In this document: one piece after another, positions 1 through 10,239 of the stretch | How the letters are laid out: the number at the start of each line of letters is the position of its first letter | How positions within the stretch are numbered: the stretch's first letter is position 1 | Assembly (NCBI GenBank): GCA_965541645.1 | Contig: CBEUCM010000004.1 | Coordinates: forward strand, 767-64,766 | DNA: 64,000 nt | Direction: 5' to 3' | Source: an uncultured Archaeoglobaceae archaeon | GTDB lineage: Archaea; Halobacteriota; Archaeoglobi; Archaeoglobales; Archaeoglobaceae | Made by a program: the position numbers and the translations under genes | The notes under the pieces: model-generated | Databases searched by the model: none | Seen by the model: the letters and a program-made list of their open reading frames with translations, nothing else | What the model was told of the DNA's origin: nothing

Positions 1-865
1 CCCCTTCTCGGACAGTGCCGACGACATCCTCATTCTGGATGGTGTAAATCTCTCTGCTGAGGAGCTGATAGAGCTTACCGGATTGAAGAATCCCACGGCT
101 CAGGCTCTGCTTTATCAGGCCCTTAAGGAGCTGAAGGGCGAGAATTATACGATATCTGACATAATCGAGGAGGTTGAGAGGATAAAACACAACGGAAAGT
201 GGACGTTGCTGGGAGCTTTAACAAAGGTTGAGGAATCAGGACTGTTTGGAGAAAAACCTACAGACATACGAAGGCTTTTGCGGAGGGGAAAGGCAACGAT
301 TCTTGATCTGAGAGGAGTTGAGCCATCTTATCAGGATCTAATTGTGTCCAGAATATGCACAAAGCTTTTCGAAATGAGGAAGAGGGGAGAGGTTGAGCCG
401 GGGATGATTGTTGTCGAAGAAGCGCACAACTTTATACCGGAGAGGGGATTTGACAGGGCCGTCTCTACTCCAGTACTCAGGACGATTGCAAGCGAGGGGA
501 GGAAGTTCGGGCTGGGGTTGATGGTCATAAGCCAGAGGCCTGCGAGGGTTGACAAAAACGTGATAAGCCAATGCAATACTCAGATAATCCTGAGGGTGAC
601 AAACCCCAATGACATAAACGCGATAAGGAGTGGTGTTGAAGGGATAACGGCGGAGATGGTGGAAGAAGTCAAAAGGCTCCCTACAGGGCATGCGCTGGTT
701 GTTAGCCCAGAGCTTGAGAGGCCGGTGATAGTCAGGGTGAGAAGCAGGAAGAGCAGGCATGGGGAAGCGGTGAGGATCACGGCCAAGTCCAAACCCAGGG
801 CGAAGAAGGCTAAAAAGAGCGATGAAAAGAAGAAAAAGAGCCTGTGGCGCAGGCTGTTTGGATAG
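1..865 (+). CDS. HerA/DUF87-like P-loop ATPase, 5'-truncated by the window edge
   Basis: Frame is open from base 2. Walker B VVEEAHNF and the RKFGLGLMVISQRPA motif typical of HerA/FtsK-like ATPases. Confidence 0.85.
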   Translation, partial: PFSDSADDILILDGVNLSAEELIELTGLKNPTAQALLYQALKELKGENYTISDIIEEVERIKHNGKWTLLGALTKVEESGLFGEKPTDIRRLLRRGKATILDLRGVEPSYQDLIVSRICTKLFEMRKRGEVEPGMIVVEEAHNFIPERGFDRAVSTPVLRTIASEGRKFGLGLMVISQRPARVDKNVISQCNTQIILRVTNPNDINAIRSGVEGITAEMVEEVKRLPTGHALVVSPELERPVIVRVRSRKSRHGEAVRITAKSKPRAKKAKKSDEKKKKSLWRRLFG

Positions 866-871
866 CTATAA

Positions 872-1786
872 TTACATCTCCTGAATGGCCAAGCAGTATT
901 TACCAGAGCGCACGTAAAAGTTGTCTAACCCTTCACCCTTTTTGATCATCTGTCTTTTGACGAACCTGGGCTCCATATTTGCGATCATGTCGGCAACAGA
1001 AATTCCGTAGGCCTGCTTGAAGGCCGAAACGGGAGTTGTAAGCCTTGCGTTGATCTCGATTATGTAGGGCTGGTCTGAATAGACAACATCCACCCCAACG
1101 TATCCATTCAGGCCATCAATACACTCAACAGCCTTCACCGCCTCCTCCTTGATTTCGCTCAGGATTTTACCATCAACTCTGGCAGGAACCACTGCCCCGG
1201 CGTAGCTGAAACCGTTCAGGATCTGCTCGTTAACGCTCACAACCCTTACTTCATCACCAGCGATTATGCTCACGCTGAGATTCATCCCCCTGATAAACTC
1301 CTGAGCTATGTAGCCATCCGGGACGTGATCTGAGAAGGCTATCCCCTCTCCAGCGCACGAGATTCTGGGTTTAACTATGAACTCACACTCAAGCGGTTTT
1401 TTTGATGTCATCGGAACTCGCACCTTATCTTTCAGCTTTTTGTAGAGCTTCCATTTGTCTGATACGATCTCTATAGCCCTGCTTGACGATCCAAGATTCT
1501 CAGCATACTTTTCTCCCAGCTTTGTGAGTTCGAGAAGCAGGTTCTCGTCTTCTGGAGCTATTATCAGGAAGGCGTCACAGCTTTCCAAGCTCCTCTCTAT
1601 CTGGTCGATATTGCCAACTGGAAGATCGAACTGATCCCCGTACTCCTCTCTGACAAAAGACACAACATCGTAGTAATCTCTGAAACCATTTAGGGCTGCT
1701 TTGAACATTGCCAACCCTTCAACAGCTATGCTGTCATCTATTTTCTCCCCGCAGGTTGCAAATTCAAAGAGGAACAGTTTCCTCAT
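872..1786 (-). CDS. ATP-grasp ligase, probably tyramine--L-glutamate ligase (MfnD-like, methanofuran synthesis)
   Basis: ATP-grasp motifs (IVKP..GEG, QEFIRG, GVD, IEINARLTT) and an N-terminal LFEFATCG resembling MfnD. Substrate is inferred. Confidence 0.65.
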   Translation of the reverse strand: MRKLFLFEFATCGEKIDDSIAVEGLAMFKAALNGFRDYYDVVSFVREEYGDQFDLPVGNIDQIERSLESCDAFLIIAPEDENLLLELTKLGEKYAENLGSSSRAIEIVSDKWKLYKKLKDKVRVPMTSKKPLECEFIVKPRISCAGEGIAFSDHVPDGYIAQEFIRGMNLSVSIIAGDEVRVVSVNEQILNGFSYAGAVVPARVDGKILSEIKEEAVKAVECIDGLNGYVGVDVVYSDQPYIIEINARLTTPVSAFKQAYGISVADMIANMEPRFVKRQMIKKGEGLDNFYVRSGKYCLAIQEM

Positions 1787-2304
1787 ACTTCTATGATTTC
1801 TTCCGGTTCAGCTTTTTCAGAGGAGTGCTCCTCCTCATTCAGCACAATTGCAATATCTGCCGAGTTCTTGAGGGCTGTGGAAAATCCGGGTTCTGCGCCA
1901 ATTATTATTGTTTCCTTTCCCATTTCCATGGCCTTCATGAGCACGGCCTTGAAATCTGCATCCCTCGTAACTATAGCAATCGCGTCTATCGAGTCGTTGT
2001 ATATTAGTTCCATTGCCTCAACAGCCAGTCTGACATCCACATCTCCTGATGTTACTATCGGCTCAAATCCCTGGTTTTCTATGGCCTCAACAAGTTTTTC
2101 CGTTGCATACTGGTTGAGAAATACCTTTGCAATTTTTATATCTCCGTACTCGCTCAGTATCTCCCTTATCTCTCTCAGGTTGATGTTGAACTCCTTCCTG
2201 AGCATGTTTGGCCCGTCAACAAGAACCCCTACCTTCTTTCTCTGTGAAAGTCTTCGTTTAGAAAGGTATTCTTTAATCCTCTGAATGCGTGAAATAGTTG
2301 GCAT
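1783..2304 (-). CDS. NYN/PIN-like domain protein (LabA/TIGR00288-like)
   Basis: VDGPN, GDVDVRLAVEA and TRDADF acidic motifs. Confidence 0.85.
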   Translation of the reverse strand: MPTISRIQRIKEYLSKRRLSQRKKVGVLVDGPNMLRKEFNINLREIREILSEYGDIKIAKVFLNQYATEKLVEAIENQGFEPIVTSGDVDVRLAVEAMELIYNDSIDAIAIVTRDADFKAVLMKAMEMGKETIIIGAEPGFSTALKNSADIAIVLNEEEHSSEKAEPEEIIEV

Positions 2305-2420
2305 GCTCTTTTATTCTCCTCTATTGAAGTTTAAAAAGGTTTTGTTACACATGGGCAAGTAGAGAGGTGGAGTTTATCAACTGAGGATAGTTTTTTATAA
2401 ATTAAGACCCAAAAAGGGGC

Positions 2421-2840
2421 ATGGAGGAGGGAATCACTCGCATCGGTGTAAGCCTCCCTAAAAACCTTCTTGACGAGTTTGACAGAATAATATCGACGCG
2501 TGGCTACTCATCACGCAGTGAGGCAATAAGGGATGCCATACGAAACTATATTTCCGAGTACAAGTGGCTGGAAAGCGAAAAAGGAGAGGTTGTGGGGGTC
2601 ATGGTGATTGTCTACGATCACAACATAAAGGGTGTGAGTGACATCATCATCGATTTGCAGCATGATTTTGGTGAGATTGTAACCTCCAGCACCCACATAC
2701 ACCTCAACAAGGATCAGTGTCTGGAACTCGTGCTGGTCAGGGGTAGAATGGAGGAAATAAAAAAGCTTGTTGACAAACTCTCCGCAACAAGGGGAGTGCT
2801 GAACGTGAAGCTCATAACAGCCGTTAAGAAGTTTGAGTAG
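2421..2840 (+). CDS. nikR: Nickel-responsive regulator NikR
   Basis: RHH N-terminus [22 protein letters not shown], and the Ni site [11 protein letters not shown]. Confidence 0.93.
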   Translation: MEEGITRIGVSLPKNLLDEFDRIISTRGYSSRSEAIRDAIRNYISEYKWLESEKGEVVGVMVIVYDHNIKGVSDIIIDLQHDFGEIVTSSTHIHLNKDQCLELVLVRGRMEEIKKLVDKLSATRGVLNVKLITAVKKFE

Positions 2841-3855
2841 GCTCGTACACGGCCATTCCTCTGCATATCAGGAAAATTGCAACGTATTCTGGCACCTTTG
2901 CCCTCCCAGGTGCAAGTCTTGCATAGAAGTCACCAAGTTTTACGCTTCCGCCCTTCGTCACCCTCACTGCAGTGGCGTCTTCTCCAAAAACCACCGCATC
3001 CCTGAGAGGATTAAATGCGTCAACGTCCTCCACCTCTGTAACCCTCAACCCGGTTTTGCCGTGCAGACTTCCGGGCATCCTTATCAGCCTCTTGGTGTCT
3101 GCCGTGACGGGTGCGTCAATGTACACCCTCAGCACGTTTTCTGCTCTTGGAGCGAACTTCTCTATGGCCCTCATCGCCTTCTTTGTGAGCCTTGCCTTCC
3201 TCAGATCCTGGGCGGTAATTTTCAACTTCTCTGAGAGGTCGGAATCTTCTTCGAGCTTCTTTATCATGTAGTTTACTATCCTTCTTGCAGCATTGGAGTC
3301 TGCAATTCTGTATCCGTCCACAATTTTTGGTGAGTTGAGTGTGAGGTAGTCAACGATCTCTCGTCTTTCAGCACTGCCTATGCCTGTGAAGCGCTCATCA
3401 AAAACGTGGACGTGGTAACCTCTACCTCCGGAAAAGTATATGTCCATCTCCTCTATTCCAAAATCTGTTCTGAGAATGGTTATAAGCTTCTTCAGCTCTC
3501 TTTTGGCGTATTCAAGTGCCACTTCAAAGGAAGTTGTTTTTACCGGCAAATGGTCGGCATCTATGTCAAAGATCAGGTCAGCCCCCAGCCACCCCTTGTT
3601 TTCCATCTTCGTTTCATCTGGCCTTTCGTAGTATGCAGATGAAAAGTAGATATGTGCCGGAACTCTGGAAAGAACGTAGCTCCTGAATTCCTCAGGGGAT
3701 TGAAAGGAGATGTGCCTGAACATTACGAAGTCGGGCAGCATTTCCAATGGTACGAAGGCGAACTCCCTGTTTCTGAATCTCCGGGGCATCTTCAGCCTGC
3801 ACTTGGAGTAGTACTCCTCAAACTTCTTTTGCAGGTACAGCTTACTCAGGTCCAT
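2824..3855 (-). CDS. priS: DNA primase small (catalytic) subunit
   Basis: [46 protein letters not shown] motifs. Confidence 0.96.
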   Translation of the reverse strand: MDLSKLYLQKKFEEYYSKCRLKMPRRFRNREFAFVPLEMLPDFVMFRHISFQSPEEFRSYVLSRVPAHIYFSSAYYERPDETKMENKGWLGADLIFDIDADHLPVKTTSFEVALEYAKRELKKLITILRTDFGIEEMDIYFSGGRGYHVHVFDERFTGIGSAERREIVDYLTLNSPKIVDGYRIADSNAARRIVNYMIKKLEEDSDLSEKLKITAQDLRKARLTKKAMRAIEKFAPRAENVLRVYIDAPVTADTKRLIRMPGSLHGKTGLRVTEVEDVDAFNPLRDAVVFGEDATAVRVTKGGSVKLGDFYARLAPGRAKVPEYVAIFLICRGMAVYEPTQTS

Positions 3856-4279
3856 ACCACGACCTTAGAATTTGTAGAACAACCCTTCTGGTCCTTTTTC
3901 TGGTATCAAAGTTCACGACAACTATCTGCTGCCATCTTCCGAGGAGGAGCTTCCCCTTCTGGAAGGGTACGATTATCGAGGGACCGACAATCGAGGCTTT
4001 GACATGCCCAGATCCGTTGTCATCTCCCCACGTTTTATGGTGCTCGTAGTGGTCGTCGTAGGGGGCAATTCTCTCCATTATTCGTGGAAAGTCCTTTTTC
4101 AAGCCCGGTTCGTACTCGATTGTGGTTATAGCACCAGTTGATCCGATGTTGAAGACCAACACGGCCCCCTCATCCATTCCGCTCTCCCTCACAAATTCCC
4201 TCACAAACTCCTCAACCTCTGCGGTAATGTCGGCCATATCCCCGAACCCGTCAAGCTCAACCTCAATGAACCTAATCAT
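3842..4279 (-). CDS. YjbQ/UPF0047 family protein
   Basis: GSTGAITTIE, HxHxxxGDDNGSGHVKAS, LGRWQQI. Start moved to ATG 4279, which overlaps the upstream gene. Confidence 0.88.
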   Translation of the reverse strand: MIRFIEVELDGFGDMADITAEVEEFVREFVRESGMDEGAVLVFNIGSTGAITTIEYEPGLKKDFPRIMERIAPYDDHYEHHKTWGDDNGSGHVKASIVGPSIIVPFQKGKLLLGRWQQIVVVNFDTRKRTRRVVLQILRSWYGPE

Positions 4280-4649
4280 CCTCGCACCTCCACATGTAGA
4301 ATGAAAGTCCCCTGTGGTTAATGAGCTTTCCATTGGGGTGATCTCCATAGAGGGGCTTTATAATGCAGTCAGCACCAACCCTTCTTGCCGTGGAAATTAT
4401 TGCGTTGAAGATTTCTGGAGGTGGTCTGAGGGAGTATATGAGTTCTGCCCCCTCGTAGATCTTCAGATTTGGTTTTTGTATGTCATCAACAAAGAAATCG
4501 ACCTTAACATTCCTCTCGACAACGTCGGTTGCCACAACTCTTAGCCCGTTTTCAGCGAGAAACTCTGCAAGCTTGGTATAGTTACCAATACCCACTTCTA
4601 CGACCTTTCCTGAGTAGTTTTTCAGAATGAATTCTGCCAGCCTCAGCAT
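4272..4649 (-). CDS. UPF0146 family protein
   Basis: KVVEVGIG, ATDV, DDI..P...IYEGAELIYSLRPPPE signature. Confidence 0.85.
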   Translation of the reverse strand: MLRLAEFILKNYSGKVVEVGIGNYTKLAEFLAENGLRVVATDVVERNVKVDFFVDDIQKPNLKIYEGAELIYSLRPPPEIFNAIISTARRVGADCIIKPLYGDHPNGKLINHRGLSFYMWRCEDD

Positions 4650-4685
4650 GAATGATTTATATATCTGCGAGTACAGTTAAAATTT

Positions 4686-5135
4686 GTGCAGAGTGTAGTG
4701 ATCAGGGAGTACAGTGTAAGGGATTTCAGGGAGATTCTTGAGATAGAGCAGGAGGCCTTCTCCCCACGAAATCCGGCTTATGACATTTACATCTACCTGA
4801 CCTATGGCAGCGACTTCCTTATCGCAGACGCTGGGGGTAAGATTGCCGGGTACATCGTGACGATGGATGTTGATATTGAAACGGGGAAGATCATAGCCTT
4901 TGCCGTGCGGAAGCAGTTCAGGGGTATGGGAATAGGCAAGATTCTGCTCAAAAATGCAATTGAGAGGCTGGAAGGGAGGGGAAAAAAGAAGATAACGCTG
5001 GAAGTGCGGGCTTCAAACGAGACCGCTCAGAACCTGTATAAAAAATTTGGATTTGAAATCGTTGACATCATTCCGGGTTACTACAGTGACGGTGAGGACG
5101 CCTATCTCATGGTTCGCACAGCTCAGGAACAATAG
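4686..5135 (+). CDS. rimI: RimI/Ard1-like GNAT N-acetyltransferase
   Basis: AVRKQFRGMGIG, LEVRASN..AQNLY..FGF, YYSDGEDAYLM. Confidence 0.85.
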   Translation: MQSVVIREYSVRDFREILEIEQEAFSPRNPAYDIYIYLTYGSDFLIADAGGKIAGYIVTMDVDIETGKIIAFAVRKQFRGMGIGKILLKNAIERLEGRGKKKITLEVRASNETAQNLYKKFGFEIVDIIPGYYSDGEDAYLMVRTAQEQ

Positions 5136-5388
5136 ACTCTATCACTATTCTGAGATTCTCGTTTTCCACGAGATCATCGGGGCTGCGCTCCCTAAAGATC
5201 TCAGAGATACCTCTACACAGCAGGAGAATTGCCTTTTTGTGGTCCGACTTGCTTCTATGGATATGCACGGGCTGAATGCCGAGGTCGTCATAGCTTTTAA
5301 AATGGCCGTTTGCAATGCCTGCGTTCTCGAAAAGCTTTTTAATGTGGAACAGGGTCATGTGCAAGAGCACGATTTCTTCTTTGTGCAT
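5107..5388 (-). CDS. UPF0058 family protein
   Basis: MHKEE..LLH, Y..LGIQPVHIHRSK.DHKKAI..L signature. Confidence 0.8.
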   Translation of the reverse strand: MHKEEIVLLHMTLFHIKKLFENAGIANGHFKSYDDLGIQPVHIHRSKSDHKKAILLLCRGISEIFRERSPDDLVENENLRIVIESIVPELCEP

Positions 5389-5527
5389 GGGACATCACTC
5401 CCTGCAGCATGTACGCAAAACCATTTAAAAAGTTTTCTGGAGCGAGAATGTTGTTAGCAAAGTTTTTATAATGTTTTATTTTTTGAGATCTGGACGGAAA
5501 AAATTTATTCAAAAAATTTGAAATAAA

Positions 5528-5728
5528 TCATCCGCCAGATATTACCCTTATGACCTTCACTTCTCCGTCCTCGGCGACATCATCAACAGGCACAGGCGTG
5601 CCGTTTCTAACAATTACGACAGTCTCAGGGTTGATTCCCAGAGACTCCAGGATATCGGAATACTTTCTCCCCTCTGGCCGTACAACCTCCTCCTTTCTGT
5701 CAAATCCAACAAAGACCATCCTCAGCAT
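5528..5728 (-). CDS. Ubiquitin-like sulfur carrier (SAMP/MoaD/ThiS beta-grasp protein)
   Basis: 66 aa with LGINPETVVIVRNG..VP and a C-terminal VISGG di-glycine. Confidence 0.88.
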   Translation of the reverse strand: MLRMVFVGFDRKEEVVRPEGRKYSDILESLGINPETVVIVRNGTPVPVDDVAEDGEVKVIRVISGG

Positions 5729-5886
5729 TATTCTTCAGGCAGGACCTCTCTGGATATCTCTTTTATGCTTCCTCCACCCGTGACATTCTTTATCTCGGCA
5801 ACCTTCCTTTCAAGCAGCCTCTCATCCTTGCTGAAAAGCTTTCTTAAACCCTTCTTTCGGTATTTCCTCCAGTTGAAACGTCTCAT
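5728..5886 (-). CDS. Small basic hypothetical protein (52 aa; not in the ORF track)
   Basis: Hand-translated MRRFNWRKYRKKGLRKLFSKDERLLERKVAEIKNVTGGGSIKEISREVLPEE. Preceded by GGTGA SD; its stop overlaps the SAMP start (TAATG). Confidence 0.6.
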   Translation of the reverse strand: MRRFNWRKYRKKGLRKLFSKDERLLERKVAEIKNVTGGGSIKEISREVLPEE

Positions 5887-6015
5887 GGAATCACCTAATC
5901 TACTATATTAAAGCAGGATGTAGAAAAACTTTTTGTTTCGGTTTTGAAAGAGCAATAGGAAACTTTTAAACCAAAACGGCCTTAACATTATTTCCATTTC
6001 TAAAAAGTAGAACTC

Positions 6016-6330
6016 TCAGGTGAAGGGGCTTGCTACCTGACTTTCAGCAATCTCACCAAACACAGGGAGCTTGAAGTACTCGCCCCTGCTTGCCCTTATG
6101 ATGCAAACTGCCCACACGATAAAGCTCAACCCAATGACGATCCTCGAGAGAACGAACCCTCCTGGAACCACGGGCAGGATGATGGACATCGCTGCAATCG
6201 TTGAGAAGGTCAAAATAGACTGGACAGCGTGAAACCTCACGAAAGGGCTGCTGTCGAGCAGTAGGAAGAAGACACCGGAGATGAATCCCAGCGTATAGCA
6301 CATCGCTCCCCTGATGTTCTCTCCGAGCAT
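6016..6330 (-). CDS. DUF4870-like small membrane protein
   Basis: LCY.LGFISG, FVRFHAVQS, GEYFKLPVFG pattern with three hydrophobic segments. Confidence 0.8.
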   Translation of the reverse strand: MLGENIRGAMCYTLGFISGVFFLLLDSSPFVRFHAVQSILTFSTIAAMSIILPVVPGGFVLSRIVIGLSFIVWAVCIIRASRGEYFKLPVFGEIAESQVASPFT

Positions 6331-6352
6331 GGTATAAAATGTTCCCCGCTGT

Positions 6353-7729
6353 TTAAAAGCCTTTGAATTGCTCCCCGATTATGCCATCCAGTATCTGAAG
6401 GAACCTCTCCTCCTCTCCCTTGGGTATTGTCGCTCCTGCCGCAACGCTGTGGCCCCCTCCAACACCACCAACCCTCTCGGCCGCCTTTTTGATGGCCTTG
6501 GCCAAGTGCAAACCTTTTTCCACAAGTCTGTAGTTTGCCCTCGCAGACACCTTTATTCCGTCATCAGTTTGAGCAAAGGCCACTATTGGCTTGGCAGTGT
6601 CTCCCTTGTGGAAGCACATACCTGCAACGATCCCAACGATCGTGTCGGGAATGTTGTTCCCAGCATGAAAGTACCTTATGTGCTTTAGCTCTTCAATTCC
6701 GTTCTCATCAACGAACCTTATTCCTTCGGACAGGTTCCTTCTGTGATTCTGAAGCAGTGTTCTTGCCCTCCGCTTCGCATCTTCATCACCTAAGCAAACC
6801 CTTAGCCCGACCTCTGCCTCGCCATACCTGGCAGTGGCATTGAGGAGGGTCGAGAACTCCATTGCATCCCTGAGTTCTGTACCCTCCGGATGCTGCAGCA
6901 GCAGGTAGCTATCTCCGACAATTCTGAATATGCTTGTGTGTGGTAGGCGGTAGTTCATAGCTGTATCAACAAGGCCAGACACGACCCTTCTTTTCTCATC
7001 TAAGGTCAGCTCTATCCACCTTTTCCATGGTTCAACATCGATACTGGACAGGAACTCAAGGACTCCCCTCTCGTTGCCGGTTATCCCCGGTATTATCGGG
7101 TCAGTGTTGTACTCCAGCATCTTTGCTACAGGCCTCGTTTGTTTGCCGAAGAATCTTAGGTCTCTCACTACCTTCAAAAATCCACCTTTCATGCCGCTTT
7201 TAACGATGACTCTGTTTATCCCCACGAGCTTTCCCAATTTTGAATCCTGCAAATCTCCCACCGCTCCAACCACTGCGAGAGGAAGGAGATCATCGTTTCC
7301 GTTGGCGTAGTCGCTCAGACTCTGTCCCTTTCTCAGGAACTTGGCTACAAAGAAGGTGCATCCCGATCCGCTCAGATCTGTCGTACCATCGTATCCGTAA
7401 TCGTGTGGGTTTAGCTGCCATCTGTGCCTGCTTTGCGGGAGATGGTGATCCGTTATCGCAAATTCCAGACCATTTAGCATGTCAATCTGCCCGCTGCCAA
7501 GGTCTGTGAACCATACAAAAACGTTCTCATCCTTTATTCTTTCAATTTCCCTTTCATCAAGCTGCTTTACAAACCTTATCCTGTTTTCGATCCCCAGCCT
7601 TTCAAGAGCGAGGTGGGCAATTGTCCCCGATGTTATTCCGTCAGCATCTATATGGGTGACGATCAGAACCTCGTCCTGTGCAGCTATCCTCGAAGCAATT
7701 GAGATCGCCCGCCTTTTGAACTCTTCCAC
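6353..7729 (-). CDS. RecJ-like DHH/DHHA1 phosphoesterase
   Basis: HIDADG, FTDLG, DHH, GDLQD and the C-terminal GGGH..AAGA. Confidence 0.9.
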   Translation of the reverse strand: MEEFKRRAISIASRIAAQDEVLIVTHIDADGITSGTIAHLALERLGIENRIRFVKQLDEREIERIKDENVFVWFTDLGSGQIDMLNGLEFAITDHHLPQSRHRWQLNPHDYGYDGTTDLSGSGCTFFVAKFLRKGQSLSDYANGNDDLLPLAVVGAVGDLQDSKLGKLVGINRVIVKSGMKGGFLKVVRDLRFFGKQTRPVAKMLEYNTDPIIPGITGNERGVLEFLSSIDVEPWKRWIELTLDEKRRVVSGLVDTAMNYRLPHTSIFRIVGDSYLLLQHPEGTELRDAMEFSTLLNATARYGEAEVGLRVCLGDEDAKRRARTLLQNHRRNLSEGIRFVDENGIEELKHIRYFHAGNNIPDTIVGIVAGMCFHKGDTAKPIVAFAQTDDGIKVSARANYRLVEKGLHLAKAIKKAAERVGGVGGGHSVAAGATIPKGEEERFLQILDGIIGEQFKGF

Positions 7730-7779
7730 GCTGAAAAGTTGGGAGAAAAAGACTTAAACTTTTTTGCTCAATTTCCTGT

Positions 7780-8436
7780 GTGAGAAGTGCAGTGGTCTTC
7801 TTGGAGGCATCAATCGAGCCCATTCCACGCAGTATATGGCGACATCCGTCGGTGATTGCAGATGCCAGGAGACGGGGTAAAAAACCATCAGAAATTCTGC
7901 TTGACGATTCAAAGCACCACTCTGCAATGAAAAACCTTGAGCACAGGGAAAAGAGGGGCAGACCGGATATAGTGCATCAGTGCCTCCTTCTCCTGCTCGA
8001 CTCTGAAATTGAGGTGGATGTGTTTGTCCACACCATAAGGGGAGATGTAATCTGGATAAACCCTGAAACGCGATTGCCGAGAAATCTAAACCGTTTCGTA
8101 GGTTTAATGGAGGATCTGCTCGTCAGGAAAAGAATAGTGGCTGATGAAGTTACTCTCCTTGAGATTACCGATTTGAAGCTTGAGGACGTGGTTTCTGGAA
8201 AGAGAGTGCTGCTTTTAAAGGAGGGTGAAAAGAGGGAAGAATTGGGGGAACTGCTTTCCGATGACACCGCCATTTGCATTGGTGCCTTCCCGCATGGTGA
8301 CTTCTTCCCCAGCACATTAAAAGCTCTTGAGCCGTACATAACTGTGAGCTTCGGTCCCAAGCCCTACACGAGCCTTTACGTCACGGCGAGGGTGATATGT
8401 GAGTATGAGAGAGTTCGACTTGCTCAGGATTGTTGA
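7780..8436 (+). CDS. nep1: 16S rRNA pseudouridine N1-methyltransferase Nep1
   Basis: LLDDSKHH, RGRPDIVH, RLPRN.NRF.GLME, IGAFPHGDF. Confidence 0.92.
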   Translation: MRSAVVFLEASIEPIPRSIWRHPSVIADARRRGKKPSEILLDDSKHHSAMKNLEHREKRGRPDIVHQCLLLLLDSEIEVDVFVHTIRGDVIWINPETRLPRNLNRFVGLMEDLLVRKRIVADEVTLLEITDLKLEDVVSGKRVLLLKEGEKREELGELLSDDTAICIGAFPHGDFFPSTLKALEPYITVSFGPKPYTSLYVTARVICEYERVRLAQDC

Positions 8437-9289
8437 GGAACTGCTTGGAAATGAGGACGTTCCCGTCCCGGCAGGCCTTCACGATGCAGCCTATGTAAAG
8501 GTGGGTGGAAAGCTGCTTGTGCTGACGTGCGATACTGTGAATGAGAAAAGCGATTTCCCCCCCTTCATGGAGGCAGAGGAAATGGGGCACATGGCCCTTG
8601 CCGTAACGCTGTCAGACATAGCTGCGTGTGGAGCAAAACCCCTCTTCTTCTTGAGTTCCATATCGATGAGGCATGCTGATGACGAGCTTTTGAAGCGCAT
8701 TCTTCATGGAATGAAAGTGCTTGCAGAGAAGTATGGCGTGAAGATCGTTGGGGGAGATATAGATTTCTCTGAGCTGTTGACAATTGCCGGATTTGCTGTG
8801 GGAGAGGCTGAGAGAGTAATCACACGGAGCGAAGCAAAGCCGGGGCAGAGTGTCTATGTAACCGATCTGCCCGGGAAGGCCCAGCTCTGCTTGGACATGC
8901 TGAATGAAGGTGCTGACAGGAGTGATCTTCCCTACGCTGACAGTCTTTACACCCCTGAGCCAAAAATACGGGAGGGGATGAGGATATGCAAATATGCAAC
9001 GGCAATGACAGACATAAGCGATAGCCTTGCCATCTCTGCACATCTCCTTGCGAGGGCGAGCGGGGTTAGGATAGTTCTGGACAGCATTAACCTCGACCAC
9101 CTTGCCGATTACACCGATAGAGCGCTGGACCTGTTCCTTTATGGGGGAGGGGACTTCGAGCTTCTCTTTACGGCTGATGGAAGTGATGACGGAATCAGGG
9201 TCGGCAGGGTTGAGGAGGGAAGCGGTGTTTTTGCTGAGGTGGGGGGCAGGCTTTTGAGCGTGGAGTTCAGGGGGTACTCTCACTTTTAA
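8399..9289 (+). CDS. thiL: Thiamine-monophosphate kinase
   Basis: DAA, LSDIAACGAKP, VGGD, MTDISDSL, GGGDFELLFT. Confidence 0.9.
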   Translation: MSMREFDLLRIVEELLGNEDVPVPAGLHDAAYVKVGGKLLVLTCDTVNEKSDFPPFMEAEEMGHMALAVTLSDIAACGAKPLFFLSSISMRHADDELLKRILHGMKVLAEKYGVKIVGGDIDFSELLTIAGFAVGEAERVITRSEAKPGQSVYVTDLPGKAQLCLDMLNEGADRSDLPYADSLYTPEPKIREGMRICKYATAMTDISDSLAISAHLLARASGVRIVLDSINLDHLADYTDRALDLFLYGGGDFELLFTADGSDDGIRVGRVEEGSGVFAEVGGRLLSVEFRGYSHF

Positions 9290-9342
9290 CCATGCTATTA
9301 CAAACCACAAACTTTAAGTCTGGTTGACCGAACAATTGTTCG

Positions 9343-10239
9343 ATGGACCTGCTGGAGAGGGTTGCGGAGCTGAAGGAGGAGAAGAATGCTGTAATTCTTG
9401 CACACAACTATCAGCTCCTGGAAATTCAGGAAGTTGCGGATCACATTGGAGATAGTCTTGAACTTGCCAGGACTGCGATGAAGTGTAAAGCGGAAATTAT
9501 AGTGTTTGCGGGCGTTGATTTCATGGCGGAAACAGCCGCAATCCTCAACCCCGACAAGAAGGTCATTGTTCCCTGCAGAGATGCAGAGTGTCCGATGGCA
9601 AGGCAGCTTCCTGCAGAGATGGTCAGGATGGCCAAGCAGAAATACCACGCTCCCTTTGTAATGTACGTAAACAGCTATGCTGAAGCGAAGGCTGAGGCTG
9701 ATATCTGCTGCACCTCTGCCACCGCTGCCAGGGTTGTGGAGAAGCTGGACTCCGAAACCGTGCTTCTTGGCCCTGATGCCAACCTTGCGTGGCATGCAGC
9801 TGAGCGCACCGGGAAGAGGGTTGTGGCTGTGCCGCATGACGGTTATTGCTACGTCCACAAAGCTTTCAGTGCCGGGGATATTGCTAATGCCAGAAGGAAA
9901 TGGCCAGATGCCGAGATAATGGTCCATCCGGAATGCAATCCAGATGTGCAGAAAGCAGCGGATTTTGTTGGATCTACATCTCAAATGTATGAGCGTGCAA
10001 GGAAAACGGATGCCGATGTCGTAGTTGTTGGGACTGAGATCGGCCTTATCGAGAGGATGCGCAGGGAGATAGACGGAAAGGAGTTCTACCCCCTCAGAGA
10101 GGTCGTTTGCAGGGACATGAAGAAGAACACACTCGAAAGACTGTTTAACGCTTTGCTGAATGAGACAAACGTTGTGAATGTTGAAAAGGAGATTGCAGGG
10201 AGGGCTGAGAAAGCTATAAGGAGGATGGTGGAGCTATGA
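9343..10239 (+). CDS. nadA: Quinolinate synthase
   Basis: ILAHNYQ, GDSLEL, GVDFMAETA, YVNS, GPDANL, HPEC, GTE, CRDMKKN. Confidence 0.96.
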   Translation: MDLLERVAELKEEKNAVILAHNYQLLEIQEVADHIGDSLELARTAMKCKAEIIVFAGVDFMAETAAILNPDKKVIVPCRDAECPMARQLPAEMVRMAKQKYHAPFVMYVNSYAEAKAEADICCTSATAARVVEKLDSETVLLGPDANLAWHAAERTGKRVVAVPHDGYCYVHKAFSAGDIANARRKWPDAEIMVHPECNPDVQKAADFVGSTSQMYERARKTDADVVVVGTEIGLIERMRREIDGKEFYPLREVVCRDMKKNTLERLFNALLNETNVVNVEKEIAGRAEKAIRRMVEL

